IMG/VR virus record: IMGVR_UViG_3300037692_000213
Span: 1-33,506 of that record
Length of the DNA: 33,506 nucleotides
Reading direction: 5' to 3' (one strand)
Origin: a virus
Taxonomy: Duplodnaviria > Caudoviricetes
Part shown: in pieces, positions 1 to 8,056 of the stretch
How the letters are laid out: each line of letters opens with the position of its first letter
Numbering within the stretch: the stretch's first letter is position 1
Notes under the pieces: generated by a model
Seen by the model: the letters and a program-made list of their open reading frames with translations, nothing else
Database searches by the model: none
Told to the model about the DNA's origin: nothing
Translations under genes and position numbers: made by a program

Positions 1-174
1 CGTGATTTTAAAAAAATATCCGGAGAAAACATTGCCTTTGATTATGAAGACGAACTGAATATACTAAGAGCCTGGATCCAATCACCTAGTCACAATGACA
101 ATTTACTTGCAGACAGGTACTCGCTGTACGGGCTGGGAAGGTGTGGAGATACTACAATAATCATGTTTGACTAA
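1..174 (+). CDS. CAP/SCP-domain protein, C-terminal fragment (5' truncated by window)
   Basis: Frame 1 reads RDFKKISGENIAFDYEDELNILRAWIQSPSHNDNLLADRYSLYGLGRCGDTTIIMFD*. GENIA...W..SP.H..NLL...GLG is the CAP (PF00188) signature. Not in ORF track. Confidence 0.8.
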   Translation, partial: RDFKKISGENIAFDYEDELNILRAWIQSPSHNDNLLADRYSLYGLGRCGDTTIIMFD

Positions 175-195
175 GATATAAAAATATGATAATAT
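167..195 (+). promoter_or_regulatory. sigma70-type promoter candidate for helicase-methyltransferase gene
   Basis: TTGACT at 167; GATAAT at 188 (15-nt spacer) or TAATAT at 190 (17-nt spacer). Confidence 0.5.
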
Positions 196-243
196 ATTTA
201 ATATGAAACAAGTTGAAGTCAAAAAATAAATGTAACAAATATT

Positions 244-2430
244 ATGAATTATAATGAATTTCTAGAGAACAAATTAATCAACCTAGGAAGTAGTGGGTTT
301 GATATAGAAGAGGATCAATTGAATCCGATATTATTTCCGTTTCAAAAGGCAATCGTAAAGTGGGCTTTGCATAAAGGGAAGTCTGCTATTTTTGCAGAAT
401 GTGGACTAGGAAAAACACCTATGCAATTGGAATGGGCAATCAAAGTACACAAGGAAACTGGCGGAAACGTATTAATTTTAGCACCGTTGGCAGTGTCAAT
501 GCAGACGTACAATGAAGGCAAAAAGTTTGGAATTAATGTTACGGTTTGTAAATCTAGTGATGACATAAAAGACGGTATAAATATAACGAATTATGAACGT
601 ATTCATAAGTTTGAATTGGAAGATTTCGCGGGAATCGTACTTGATGAAAGTTCAATTCTAAAATCATTTACTGGTAAAATCAGAAATCAAATAATCGAGA
701 GTTGTGCGAATATCCCTTACAAGCTCGCTTGTACTGCTACGCCAGCACCGAATGACTTCATGGAATTAGGTAATCATTGTGAATTTTTAAATGTCATGAG
801 TAGAAACGAAATGCTGAGTATGTATTTCATAAATGATACTCAAAATTGTAAAACATGGCGACTAAAAAAACATGCGGAAGATGATTACTGGCGGTTCGTT
901 GGATCGTGGGCGGTCATGCTTAATAATCCAAGTGATTTACAATTTGACGGCGGCGATTTTGTTTTACCGAAATTGGAAATGATAAAACATATATTGGAAG
1001 ATAAGTCGGAGAAAGAAACGTTATTCTCAATGCCTGCTACTGGATTTCAGGAAGTACGCAAAGCATTGAAGGAATCAATGATTGAGAGATGTCAGAAAAC
1101 TGCAGATATTGTTAATAATTCAAGTGAGCAATTTCTGATCTGGTGTAATTACAATGACGAATCAAAGTTACTTTCGCAATTAATCAATGATAGTGTTGAA
1201 GTTAAGGGCAGTGATGATCCTGATTACAAAGAAGAGAATTTGATAGGATTTTCAGAAAACAAAGTAAGGGTACTTGTAACAAAGCCTTCTATTGCTGGTC
1301 ATGGGTTAAATTGGCAATCATGCCACAATATGATTTTTTGCGGACTTTCATATTCTTATGAAAGTTATTATCAAGCAATCCGTAGGTGCTGGAGATTCGG
1401 ACAGAAGCAGACAGTAAATTGTCATTTAATTTTATCGGAAAAGGAAATCGCAGTCTTGGAAGCTATTAAGCGAAAAGAAACTGAGCATAAAAAAATGAAT
1501 GATAATATTATAAATAATGTAAAAATATATTTCACGCATAATATAATTAATAAAAAATACATGACTGATATAATTAAAGATGATGAGTATACAATGATGC
1601 TAGGGGATTCGGTTGAACGCATAAAAGAGATTCCGGATAATAGTATAGATTATTCTGTTTTTTCACCTCCATTCAGCGATTTATATACTTATTCAAATTC
1701 GGAACGTGACATGGGGAATAGCCTAAACGATGATCAATTTTACGAGCATTTCAGGTTTTTAGCGGATGATTTATTGCGTGTAACGAAAAACGGCAGACTA
1801 TTATCATTCCATTGTATGTTGTTGCCAACACTGAAATTCAAAGCTGGATATATAGGGTTGAAAGATTTTAGAGGCGATATGATACGTATTTTTCAGGATG
1901 CTGGTTTTATTTATGTTTCAGAAGTTGTAATATGGAAAGATCCGGTGTTAGCTATGCAACGTACGAAAGCGAAAGGATTATTGTATAAGCAATTGCGCAA
2001 GGACGCTACGGATTCACGTCAAGGGTTGCCAGATTATGTAATTACTATGAAAAAACCAGGTGAAAATCTATCGCCAGTTACGCATACTTATGAATCATTT
2101 CCGTTGGAAGTTTGGCAGAAATATGCTAGTCCGATCTGGACAGATATTAATCAATCTGAAACATTGCAGAGATTATCGGCACGTGAAGAGAAAGATGAGA
2201 AGCATATATGCCCTTTACAGCTAGAGGTTATTCGAAGATGTTTATATCTATGGACGAATCCTGGTGACGTTGTTTTAAGTCCTTTCGCAGGCATAGGAAG
2301 TGAAGGATACGAGAGTATAAAGTTAGGAAGGAAGTTCGTAGGGATCGAATTGAAAAAAAGTTACTTTGATCAGGCAGTCAGAAACCTTGAAGTTGCAAAA
2401 ACGCTACAAAAACAGCAGACTTTATTTTAA
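244..2430 (+). CDS. SF2 (SNF2/DEAD-like) helicase fused to beta-class N4-C/N6-A DNA methyltransferase
   Basis: Helicase motifs CGLGKT, LDESS, TATPAPND, QAIRRCWRFGQ. C-terminal MTase has motif IV FSPPF before motif I DVVLSPFAGIGSEG, plus KHICPLQ. Confidence 0.9.
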   Translation: MNYNEFLENKLINLGSSGFDIEEDQLNPILFPFQKAIVKWALHKGKSAIFAECGLGKTPMQLEWAIKVHKETGGNVLILAPLAVSMQTYNEGKKFGINVTVCKSSDDIKDGINITNYERIHKFELEDFAGIVLDESSILKSFTGKIRNQIIESCANIPYKLACTATPAPNDFMELGNHCEFLNVMSRNEMLSMYFINDTQNCKTWRLKKHAEDDYWRFVGSWAVMLNNPSDLQFDGGDFVLPKLEMIKHILEDKSEKETLFSMPATGFQEVRKALKESMIERCQKTADIVNNSSEQFLIWCNYNDESKLLSQLINDSVEVKGSDDPDYKEENLIGFSENKVRVLVTKPSIAGHGLNWQSCHNMIFCGLSYSYESYYQAIRRCWRFGQKQTVNCHLILSEKEIAVLEAIKRKETEHKKMNDNIINNVKIYFTHNIINKKYMTDIIKDDEYTMMLGDSVERIKEIPDNSIDYSVFSPPFSDLYTYSNSERDMGNSLNDDQFYEHFRFLADDLLRVTKNGRLLSFHCMLLPTLKFKAGYIGLKDFRGDMIRIFQDAGFIYVSEVVIWKDPVLAMQRTKAKGLLYKQLRKDATDSRQGLPDYVITMKKPGENLSPVTHTYESFPLEVWQKYASPIWTDINQSETLQRLSAREEKDEKHICPLQLEVIRRCLYLWTNPGDVVLSPFAGIGSEGYESIKLGRKFVGIELKKSYFDQAVRNLEVAKTLQKQQTLF

Positions 2431-2440
2431 CAATCAAACA

Positions 2441-3316
2441 ATGGAAAAAGAACTTAAAACGATACTAACGGAAAGAGAATATGATGTAATTATTCAAAGA
2501 ATCAACGGTATTACACTGAATGAAATCGGTGAAAAATATTGCGTAACAAGAGAAAGAATAAGACAAATCGAGAAAAATTCCATAAGAAAAGTTGTGAATT
2601 TATTAGATGTACTTGAACAAATAAAATCTAATACTGACCGAATATTGAGATTAATCAAGCGTACAAGTGTTATGCTTTATCCGGATAATCCAGGTGACAT
2701 ATTATCAGTAAAAATTCTAAGATATGAAAAAGAAATATATACCCTTGAACAGAAACATAAATACAATAAGTCATGTAGACATAAAAGTATTTCGGAAAAA
2801 GAAGTATCCGAAAAATGCAATGAAGTATTTGATAAAATTAAAAAAGGTATTAAGTTACTAGATTCAGAGATGCGTTTTGCAGATATAGATAAACGTATAC
2901 AGTATGATAATATTGAGGGTTATATTGCAACAAGACGACAAAACATAATAGTACAAGCAAAGGCAATTCTCAGGCAAGCCGGAAGACCACTTCATTACAT
3001 GGAGATCCATGAATATATTTCAAAATATTATCAACCGAGGAGCATAGAATCAATACATAACGCATTATTGATAGATGACGGCATAATACTAGCAGGTAAT
3101 GGTTTGTATGCGTTGCCAGAATGGGGATACTCTAACGATACTGTAGGTGATCTGATCGAAAAATTACTTAAAGTAAACAAAGAAATGAACGTCACACAAA
3201 TTAAAGGTGAAATTTTAAGTAAAAAACTCGTAAAACCAAAAACCATAAATCAGACTTTGATTACTGACAAGCGATTTAAGCGTATCAGAAGATCAGTATA
3301 TTCATTATCAAAATAA
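2441..3316 (+). CDS. sigma70 region-4 HTH + HARE-HTH (RNAP delta-like) transcription protein
   Basis: N-terminal LTEREYDVI...TLNEIGEKYCVTRERIRQIE (sigma r4). C-terminal ILRQAGRPLHYMEIH...IHNALL...GNGLYALPEWGY. Start set at ATG 2441, after the upstream stop and with TTAA at -14. Confidence 0.8.
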   Translation: MEKELKTILTEREYDVIIQRINGITLNEIGEKYCVTRERIRQIEKNSIRKVVNLLDVLEQIKSNTDRILRLIKRTSVMLYPDNPGDILSVKILRYEKEIYTLEQKHKYNKSCRHKSISEKEVSEKCNEVFDKIKKGIKLLDSEMRFADIDKRIQYDNIEGYIATRRQNIIVQAKAILRQAGRPLHYMEIHEYISKYYQPRSIESIHNALLIDDGIILAGNGLYALPEWGYSNDTVGDLIEKLLKVNKEMNVTQIKGEILSKKLVKPKTINQTLITDKRFKRIRRSVYSLSK

Positions 3317-3319
3317 GTA

Positions 3320-3348
3320 TTGACATACAACGAAAAATATATTATACT
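3320..3348 (+). promoter_or_regulatory. sigma70 promoter
   Basis: TTGACA-N17-TATACT. Confidence 0.8.
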
Positions 3349-3373
3349 AAGTTTGTAAGATTAATCAAAAACG

Positions 3374-3520
3374 ATGGAAGAGCTTAAAGTCGCAATGAAC
3401 GAATACATCAAGAGTCTTGAGGGTTTGAACAATGCTCTTGATGGAGTACTCGAACAACAAGAGAGGTTAAGAGATGATTTTGCTAGTATTGTATTAATGT
3501 TTAATAATTTATCTGAATAA
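3374..3520 (+). CDS. small coiled-coil hypothetical protein (48 aa)
   Basis: MEELKVAMNEYIKSLEGLNNALDGVLEQQERLRDDFASIVLMFNNLSE*; follows a promoter, TTAATC at -13, followed by a terminator-like hairpin. Confidence 0.7.
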   Translation: MEELKVAMNEYIKSLEGLNNALDGVLEQQERLRDDFASIVLMFNNLSE

Positions 3521-3526
3521 TATAGA

Positions 3527-3560
3527 GGGGAGGGTTCTTGGCGGCTCCCTCCCTGTTTTT
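3527..3560 (+). terminator. intrinsic terminator-like hairpin
   Basis: GGGGAGGG...CCCTCCCT stem followed by GTTTTT. Confidence 0.6.
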
Positions 3561-3650
3561 GGACTTTCACACGGCGGTACGTTTCCCCTTTCGGTTAATA
3601 CAAAAAGATGCATTGATTGTCACGTACCGCCATGTAAGGATCTAAAAACA
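3554..3650 (+). other. long imperfect inverted repeat / structured RNA candidate
   Basis: GGCGGTACGT pairs perfectly with ACGTACCGCC; extended by ACA/TGT and TGTTTTTGGA/TCTAAAAACA; ~39-nt loop. Confidence 0.7.
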
Positions 3651-3679
3651 TTGACAAGTCTTTAAAAATAGTTTATTAT
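3651..3679 (+). promoter_or_regulatory. sigma70 promoter
   Basis: TTGACA-N17-TATTAT. Confidence 0.75.
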
Positions 3680-3702
3680 AAATATGTAATTAATCCAACG
3701 TT

Positions 3703-3861
3703 ATGACTAAGTATTGTACAGATTGCGGTTCGACAGTCGAACCAATCTATGATTACGATGAGGATGCGAATTTAGATCGCAAAATCTGGTATTGTGAAAG
3801 TTGCGGATGTGAAGTCGTTCCGGAGATGGACGACGCTGATCTTGTTGATCAGGTTAGATAA
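3703..3861 (+). CDS. small acidic zinc-ribbon protein (52 aa)
   Basis: MTKYCTDCGSTVEPIYDYDEDANLDRKIWYCESCGCEVVPEMDDADLVDQVR*; two CxxC pairs; TTAATC at -13. Confidence 0.8.
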   Translation: MTKYCTDCGSTVEPIYDYDEDANLDRKIWYCESCGCEVVPEMDDADLVDQVR

Positions 3862-3886
3862 CGTGTTGGCGATATAATATATACAC

Positions 3887-3960
3887 GAGTGGTCAAAACA
3901 AGTGATAAGACCACTAAGCAGGATGCGGTACAAGTCCGCAATAAGCTACAGCTGCTACTC
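3887..3960 (+). ncRNA. putative structured small RNA with T-arm-like hairpin
   Basis: Stems AGTGGTC/GACCACT and AGCAG/CTGCT, plus TGCGG-TACAAGT-CCGCA; TATAAT at 3875-3880 just upstream. Confidence 0.35.
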
Positions 3961-3983
3961 CTTCAAACAGTAACAATACAATA

Positions 3984-4280
3984 ATGGGATTATTTCAAGA
4001 CCGAAAAAGAGAATATGATGAACTGTATTCACCTTGGAGAATACATAATGAGCCTGAACTTGCTGAATTTTTACAGGACTTAAAGTTATTAATTATTGAT
4101 TATGGTTATAAAATTAAAAAAAGCAATGAAAGGAATCACGAAATTTTAAGTGTATATAATAAAAACGACTATTATACCGGACTATCTTTCACGATTAAGA
4201 TCCAAGACAAGGATCTAAAAGACAAAACCAAAGAACAATTAGATAAAATATTAAAACTATTACATGGTGAAAATAACTGA
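3984..4280 (+). CDS. hypothetical protein
   Basis: 98-aa ORF, GTAA at -14, overlaps next gene. Confidence 0.7.
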   Translation: MGLFQDRKREYDELYSPWRIHNEPELAEFLQDLKLLIIDYGYKIKKSNERNHEILSVYNKNDYYTGLSFTIKIQDKDLKDKTKEQLDKILKLLHGENN

Positions 4281-4566
4281 TGCTTTGCAAAAACTAGGCT
4301 GGAAGTTGCCGATGACAATAGAATTTATCGAGGAGTGGCTACCGAAGACAATCTGGCATAATGATACAACGTGGGCGTTACAGGTTGATTATCTTATAAC
4401 TGATGAGATGGACGTGTATTATGTTGATACGTTTGAATATACATTATACGGCATGAGAGCTGAAAGACTTTTTGAAACTAAACCACGAAAGGATCATCTT
4501 TCTGCGTATTTATTTGTTGTTTATATGTTAATCAGAAATGAGTATATTATTGTTGACAATAAATAA
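4264..4566 (+). CDS. hypothetical protein
   Basis: 100-aa ORF in a co-oriented run. Confidence 0.7.
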   Translation: MVKITDALQKLGWKLPMTIEFIEEWLPKTIWHNDTTWALQVDYLITDEMDVYYVDTFEYTLYGMRAERLFETKPRKDHLSAYLFVVYMLIRNEYIIVDNK

Positions 4567-4581
4567 AAAATAGTATAATAT
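4553..4581 (+). promoter_or_regulatory. sigma70 promoter for recombination operon
   Basis: TTGACA at 4553; TATAAT at 4574 or TAATAT at 4576. Confidence 0.65.
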
Positions 4582-4606
4582 ATGAATGTAACATTAATCA
4601 ACAAGC

Positions 4607-5269
4607 ATGAAAAATTTATATGGTAAACTTCTGGAATTGCAGAAAAAAATTGAACCATTGACTAAGGACAAAACCAATCCTTTCTATAAGTCACAGTATT
4701 TTGATATTAATGGTGTGCTTTCTGCGGTCAAGCCTATTGCAAGTGAATTGGGGTTGATTATATTGCAACCTTTAACTAACGTAGATGGCAAGCCGGCAAT
4801 CAAGACGTTAATTATAGATGCCGATAGTGGCGAATCAATTGAGGGTATTACTGTTATTACAAATATTGAAGATGCGCAAAAACAAGGTAGTGCAATTACG
4901 TATTTCCGAAGGTATTCATTGCAATCAATGCTTGGACTTGAAGCAGAAGACGATGATGCTAACAGGGCTGTATCGAAAAAGGAGGTATCAGATATTGCAA
5001 ATGGACTTAAAAACAAGATTGTCTTGGACATGAAAAAGCATGAATTTACTGGTGAAGAAGTTGCCACAGGCATGAAAGAGCTTGGATATATTGGGAAAAA
5101 GCTTGATGATCTAAGCGATGAAGAGGCTATAGAGGCAGGTAAAATATATAATGAATGGTTAATCAGGAAAGGATATAAGGAACCAACGTCAGACTATCGC
5201 GACAAAAAGGTTGAGAAGGAGATCAAAAAAGAAGACTTGGAAAAATCATTAGCAAGTGAAAATGAATAA
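4607..5269 (+). CDS. erf: ERF-family single-strand annealing protein
   Basis: KDKTNPFYKSQY and QKQGSAITYFRRYSLQSMLGL..EDDDA match the ERF (PF04404) signature. Confidence 0.9.
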   Translation: MKNLYGKLLELQKKIEPLTKDKTNPFYKSQYFDINGVLSAVKPIASELGLIILQPLTNVDGKPAIKTLIIDADSGESIEGITVITNIEDAQKQGSAITYFRRYSLQSMLGLEAEDDDANRAVSKKEVSDIANGLKNKIVLDMKKHEFTGEEVATGMKELGYIGKKLDDLSDEEAIEAGKIYNEWLIRKGYKEPTSDYRDKKVEKEIKKEDLEKSLASENE

Positions 5270-5627
5270 AACAACCTTAATATCCGGTGGTATCGAGAAA
5301 GTAGAATCCAGGCGTGACAATACGATTAAAATTGTGTTTGGTACACAGGAGATTACAGATCAAGATAAGCTAGGGCATATAATGAGTTTATGTAATAAGT
5401 ATGGGTATGTAGCGTTTTCGGAAGCAGAGATAGAGGTAGAAGATTTGGAAATTCCAGATGAGAAGATAGAGATAGAAACTGACAAGCCTATGCACGTCAG
5501 GAAAAGGAATGTGATGTTCAGGTATTGGGAGCAACTTATTAATAAGACGCAATTTCCATCATTTGATTTATGGTATAAGTTTCAAATGGAAAAGGAAATT
5601 GAATCATATAAGGAAAAACTTAACTAA
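5256..5627 (+). CDS. hypothetical phage protein
   Basis: ORF overlapping erf, in operon context. Confidence 0.7.
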   Translation: MKMNKTTLISGGIEKVESRRDNTIKIVFGTQEITDQDKLGHIMSLCNKYGYVAFSEAEIEVEDLEIPDEKIEIETDKPMHVRKRNVMFRYWEQLINKTQFPSFDLWYKFQMEKEIESYKEKLN

Positions 5628-5633
5628 AAAATA

Positions 5634-5867
5634 ATGTCAGACTTAAAAGAAGTACGTGATATTCAGTATGTTACTGAATACGAAAAGAATGGTGAGACGA
5701 AGTCGATTTGGACAAAGTGCGGAGCGTTGTTTATTTTCGATACATACATCGGCATAAAGCTTGATGCAATGCCTATGTCAGGTCAAAAGATGATGGCATT
5801 TCCAAGAAAAGAGAAAGAAGACAATTGGACAGGAAAAAAGGAAGATCCACTAGATTTCTTAAAATAA
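5634..5867 (+). CDS. small putative ssDNA-binding protein
   Basis: K..W.K.G..F....I.LDA.P pattern and acidic/aromatic C-terminal tail (EDPLDFLK); lies near erf. Confidence 0.5.
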   Translation: MSDLKEVRDIQYVTEYEKNGETKSIWTKCGALFIFDTYIGIKLDAMPMSGQKMMAFPRKEKEDNWTGKKEDPLDFLK

Positions 5868-5871
5868 TATT

Positions 5872-6033
5872 ATGGAAAAATGCGAGAACTGCGATCGAAT
5901 AATAGGTATAGTAAAAAAACATCAAGAAGGAGTTGAAAGAGATATTCGCAATGACAAAGTCGGAATAGAGGCTAAAAAATATCTAGGTGGCATGAGAATG
6001 CAATGCCAAAATATATTAAAAGAAATAGAATAA
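5872..6033 (+). CDS. hypothetical protein (53 aa)
   Basis: MEKCENCDRIIGIVKKHQEG...; TTAA at -13. Confidence 0.6.
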   Translation: MEKCENCDRIIGIVKKHQEGVERDIRNDKVGIEAKKYLGGMRMQCQNILKEIE

Positions 6034-6046
6034 TTAACTTAAAAGC

Positions 6047-6220
6047 ATGAAACCATGTAAAATTGTTAAGGCAGGAAAAAACAGTCCGAAGCATCCTCTT
6101 GTTTACAGTCCTCTCAATAAAGCAAGAGATGGTATATTTGAACCCTATAATGGGTACAAAAAGTCACCACTCAAGGTAATCAAACAATTGAGAGGTATTG
6201 CAAAAGTAGTGGCATCTTAA
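6047..6220 (+). CDS. small basic hypothetical protein (57 aa)
   Basis: MKPCKIVKAGKNSPKHPLVYSPL...; TTAA at -13. Confidence 0.6.
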   Translation: MKPCKIVKAGKNSPKHPLVYSPLNKARDGIFEPYNGYKKSPLKVIKQLRGIAKVVAS

Positions 6221-6229
6221 CAATAAAAT

Positions 6230-6403
6230 ATGTTTATCCAAAAGCTACAAATTCAAGTAAGAGATTGTAACGGTAGGTTTAAATCCAAAAAGACGATCTA
6301 CAAATTCACAAGACTAACAAAATGGTTGATGTTTATTGGCATGATTGCATTGGTTGTACTGATTTTATTGCTTGTTTCAGCGTCTCAAGGAACGTTGAAA
6401 TAG
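6230..6403 (+). CDS. small single-pass membrane protein (57 aa)
   Basis: Basic N-terminus then WLMFIGMIALVVLILLLVSAS; TTAA at -13. Confidence 0.65.
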   Translation: MFIQKLQIQVRDCNGRFKSKKTIYKFTRLTKWLMFIGMIALVVLILLLVSASQGTLK

Positions 6404-6522
6404 GTCGATAAAAATGCTATCATAATTACAGTACGTTTGAATTATTGGCGCGTTTTCTGAAGTAGTGCCTGATGTTATTTCCTCCAAGGACTTGCATCAA
6501 ATGATAATTATAACTTACTACA

Positions 6523-7116
6523 ATTAAATACTTATGGATACTATTGCTACTTATACCGTTGTTTGTAAGAGCTGATGAACCGCCAATAGAATTGCAGTTG
6601 TTTTATCAGCGTCCGGAATACCAACAAACAGAATTGTACAATCTTGCAGTTGTGATACGTAAGGAGCGTAATTGGATCAGCTATGAAGATGCAGTACAAG
6701 AGTATAATCAAAAGCTTTACAAGCTTAAACAAAAGCAAATAGCTGAACGGTCAAAACTAGCAATATCACAACGATCAGTTTACGAAAATGGATGGGGAAG
6801 AGGGCATTGTACTAGTTATGTAGCGGAAATATACGGACTGAAACACGGATCCGGACAAGGAGAATGGAGGGGTAACGCTAAGGAGTGGTTATCACAAGCA
6901 GAAAAGAACGGTTATCAAGTAAAAGAAAGTCCGGAAATAGGTGCAATTTATGTCAGTAACGAAAGTCAATATGGTCATGTTGCAGTCGTAAAAGCAGTGA
7001 ATAACGATGGTACAATAACTATAACTGAGATGAACTACAAGGGAGTTGGAGTTGTGTCAGAAAGGACAGTAGATCAACAGTTAGCTAAAGGATATATTGA
7101 AATTAACAAACTATGA
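6523..7116 (+). CDS. exported CHAP-domain peptidoglycan amidase/peptidase
   Basis: GHCTSYV, W.GNAKEW, YGHVAVV and TEMNY CHAP motifs. N-terminal signal-like (I/M)KYLWILLLLIPLFVRA. Start uncertain (ATT 6523 or TTG 6544). Confidence 0.85.
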   Translation: MKYLWILLLLIPLFVRADEPPIELQLFYQRPEYQQTELYNLAVVIRKERNWISYEDAVQEYNQKLYKLKQKQIAERSKLAISQRSVYENGWGRGHCTSYVAEIYGLKHGSGQGEWRGNAKEWLSQAEKNGYQVKESPEIGAIYVSNESQYGHVAVVKAVNNDGTITITEMNYKGVGVVSERTVDQQLAKGYIEINKL

Positions 7117-7316
7117 TGATTGAGTTTTTTGCACGGGTATTTGTATTTATTGTTCTTATGGTACTAGCTGGATGGGGGGCATATTCTGTTTTTACCTTAA
7201 TTGATGCAATCATTCAGCATTTCAAGTTGAGGTCATGGATACTACTTATTGGAGATTTTGGACTTATTTGGGTTACTTTTACTGCTATATGTTTTGTTGT
7301 TTGGATTAATCAATAA
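7113..7316 (+). CDS. two-TM membrane protein
   Basis: Two hydrophobic stretches; start overlaps the CHAP stop. Confidence 0.7.
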   Translation: MMIEFFARVFVFIVLMVLAGWGAYSVFTLIDAIIQHFKLRSWILLIGDFGLIWVTFTAICFVVWINQ

Positions 7317-7318
7317 TA

Positions 7319-7438
7319 ATGATACAAATACTTGCAGAAAAATCACTAGAATTCATTTCAAGCGTGCCGGTACATGTTGCGTATGATGGGTTTGTTTGGA
7401 CAGTTACTCAAATGTTAATAATACTATTATGGAAATAA
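7319..7438 (+). CDS. small hydrophobic protein (39 aa)
   Basis: MIQILAEKSLEFISSVPVHVAYDGFVWTVTQMLIILLWK*; TTAATC at -13; TAATG overlap with next gene. Confidence 0.55.
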   Translation: MIQILAEKSLEFISSVPVHVAYDGFVWTVTQMLIILLWK

Positions 7439-7635
7439 TGAAAACAGTTAGAAGAAAAATAAGCACATTATATTTGAATTTCCTAGCATGTTTGATATCT
7501 GGTACAACGAAGAGTGGTATAATAATCGTACCATGTGGCAAGTGTTCAAGATTTAAAGTCGGATACTATAAAAACCTATGTGGTTTGGTTCGGATAAAAA
7601 ATGTCTGTGTGATAAGTGTGGTAATGAAATGCTAA
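7438..7635 (+). CDS. Cys-rich hypothetical protein
   Basis: MKTVRRKIS...CGKC...; start coupled to upstream stop. Confidence 0.5.
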   Translation: MKTVRRKISTLYLNFLACLISGTTKSGIIIVPCGKCSRFKVGYYKNLCGLVRIKNVCVISVVMKC

Positions 7636-7663
7636 GTGATATTAATGGTTTAAAATTTAAAAA

Positions 7664-8056
7664 ATGGTTAGACAGTTAGCTACAACAGAACGTAAAAAAA
7701 TAATAAAAAGACTGGACAAATTGGCAAAAGAATATGCTAAGGAGAGAGATAATTATGTTTGTCAACATTGTGGCGTCCAGTGTACTAAAAGTAATGCTCA
7801 CGGTTCACATGTCATACCAGTAAGTTCAGGAAATAGATTAAGATGGGACGAAAATAACATTAAATGTCTATGTTTCCATTGTCACATGAACTGGTGGCAC
7901 AAGAATCCTACCGAATCAGGAGACTGGTTCAAGCAAAAATTTCCTACTCGATGGAAGTACCTCGAGAAAGAGAAATCGAAAGGACTTAAAAAATGGACAA
8001 TTGAGGAATTACTAGAGATCGAAGATAGGTATAAAAATTTAATCCAAATGATATGA
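7664..8056 (+). CDS. NinG/Rap-like HNH endonuclease
   Basis: LDK.....ERD..CQHCG...HGSHVI...RWDENNIKCLCFHCH. Confidence 0.8.
   Translation: MVRQLATTERKKIIKRLDKLAKEYAKERDNYVCQHCGVQCTKSNAHGSHVIPVSSGNRLRWDENNIKCLCFHCHMNWWHKNPTESGDWFKQKFPTRWKYLEKEKSKGLKKWTIEELLEIEDRYKNLIQMI

Noticed and set aside
203-229. 8-codon ORF MKQVEVKK upstream of the helicase-MTase
   Set aside because: Too short and AT-rich to support; no associated structure.
2366-2440. TTG start at 2366, and likewise GTG 11764, TTG 7396, ATG 21645 and TTG 21817 from the track
   Set aside because: They overlap upstream genes or hairpins; downstream ATGs fit the TTAA spacing or stop-start coupling better (21826 chosen simply as the first ATG).
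3887-3960. Canonical tRNA gene
   Set aside because: The T-arm-like hairpin is not followed directly by an acceptor strand, and D and anticodon arms cannot be built; kept only as an ncRNA candidate.
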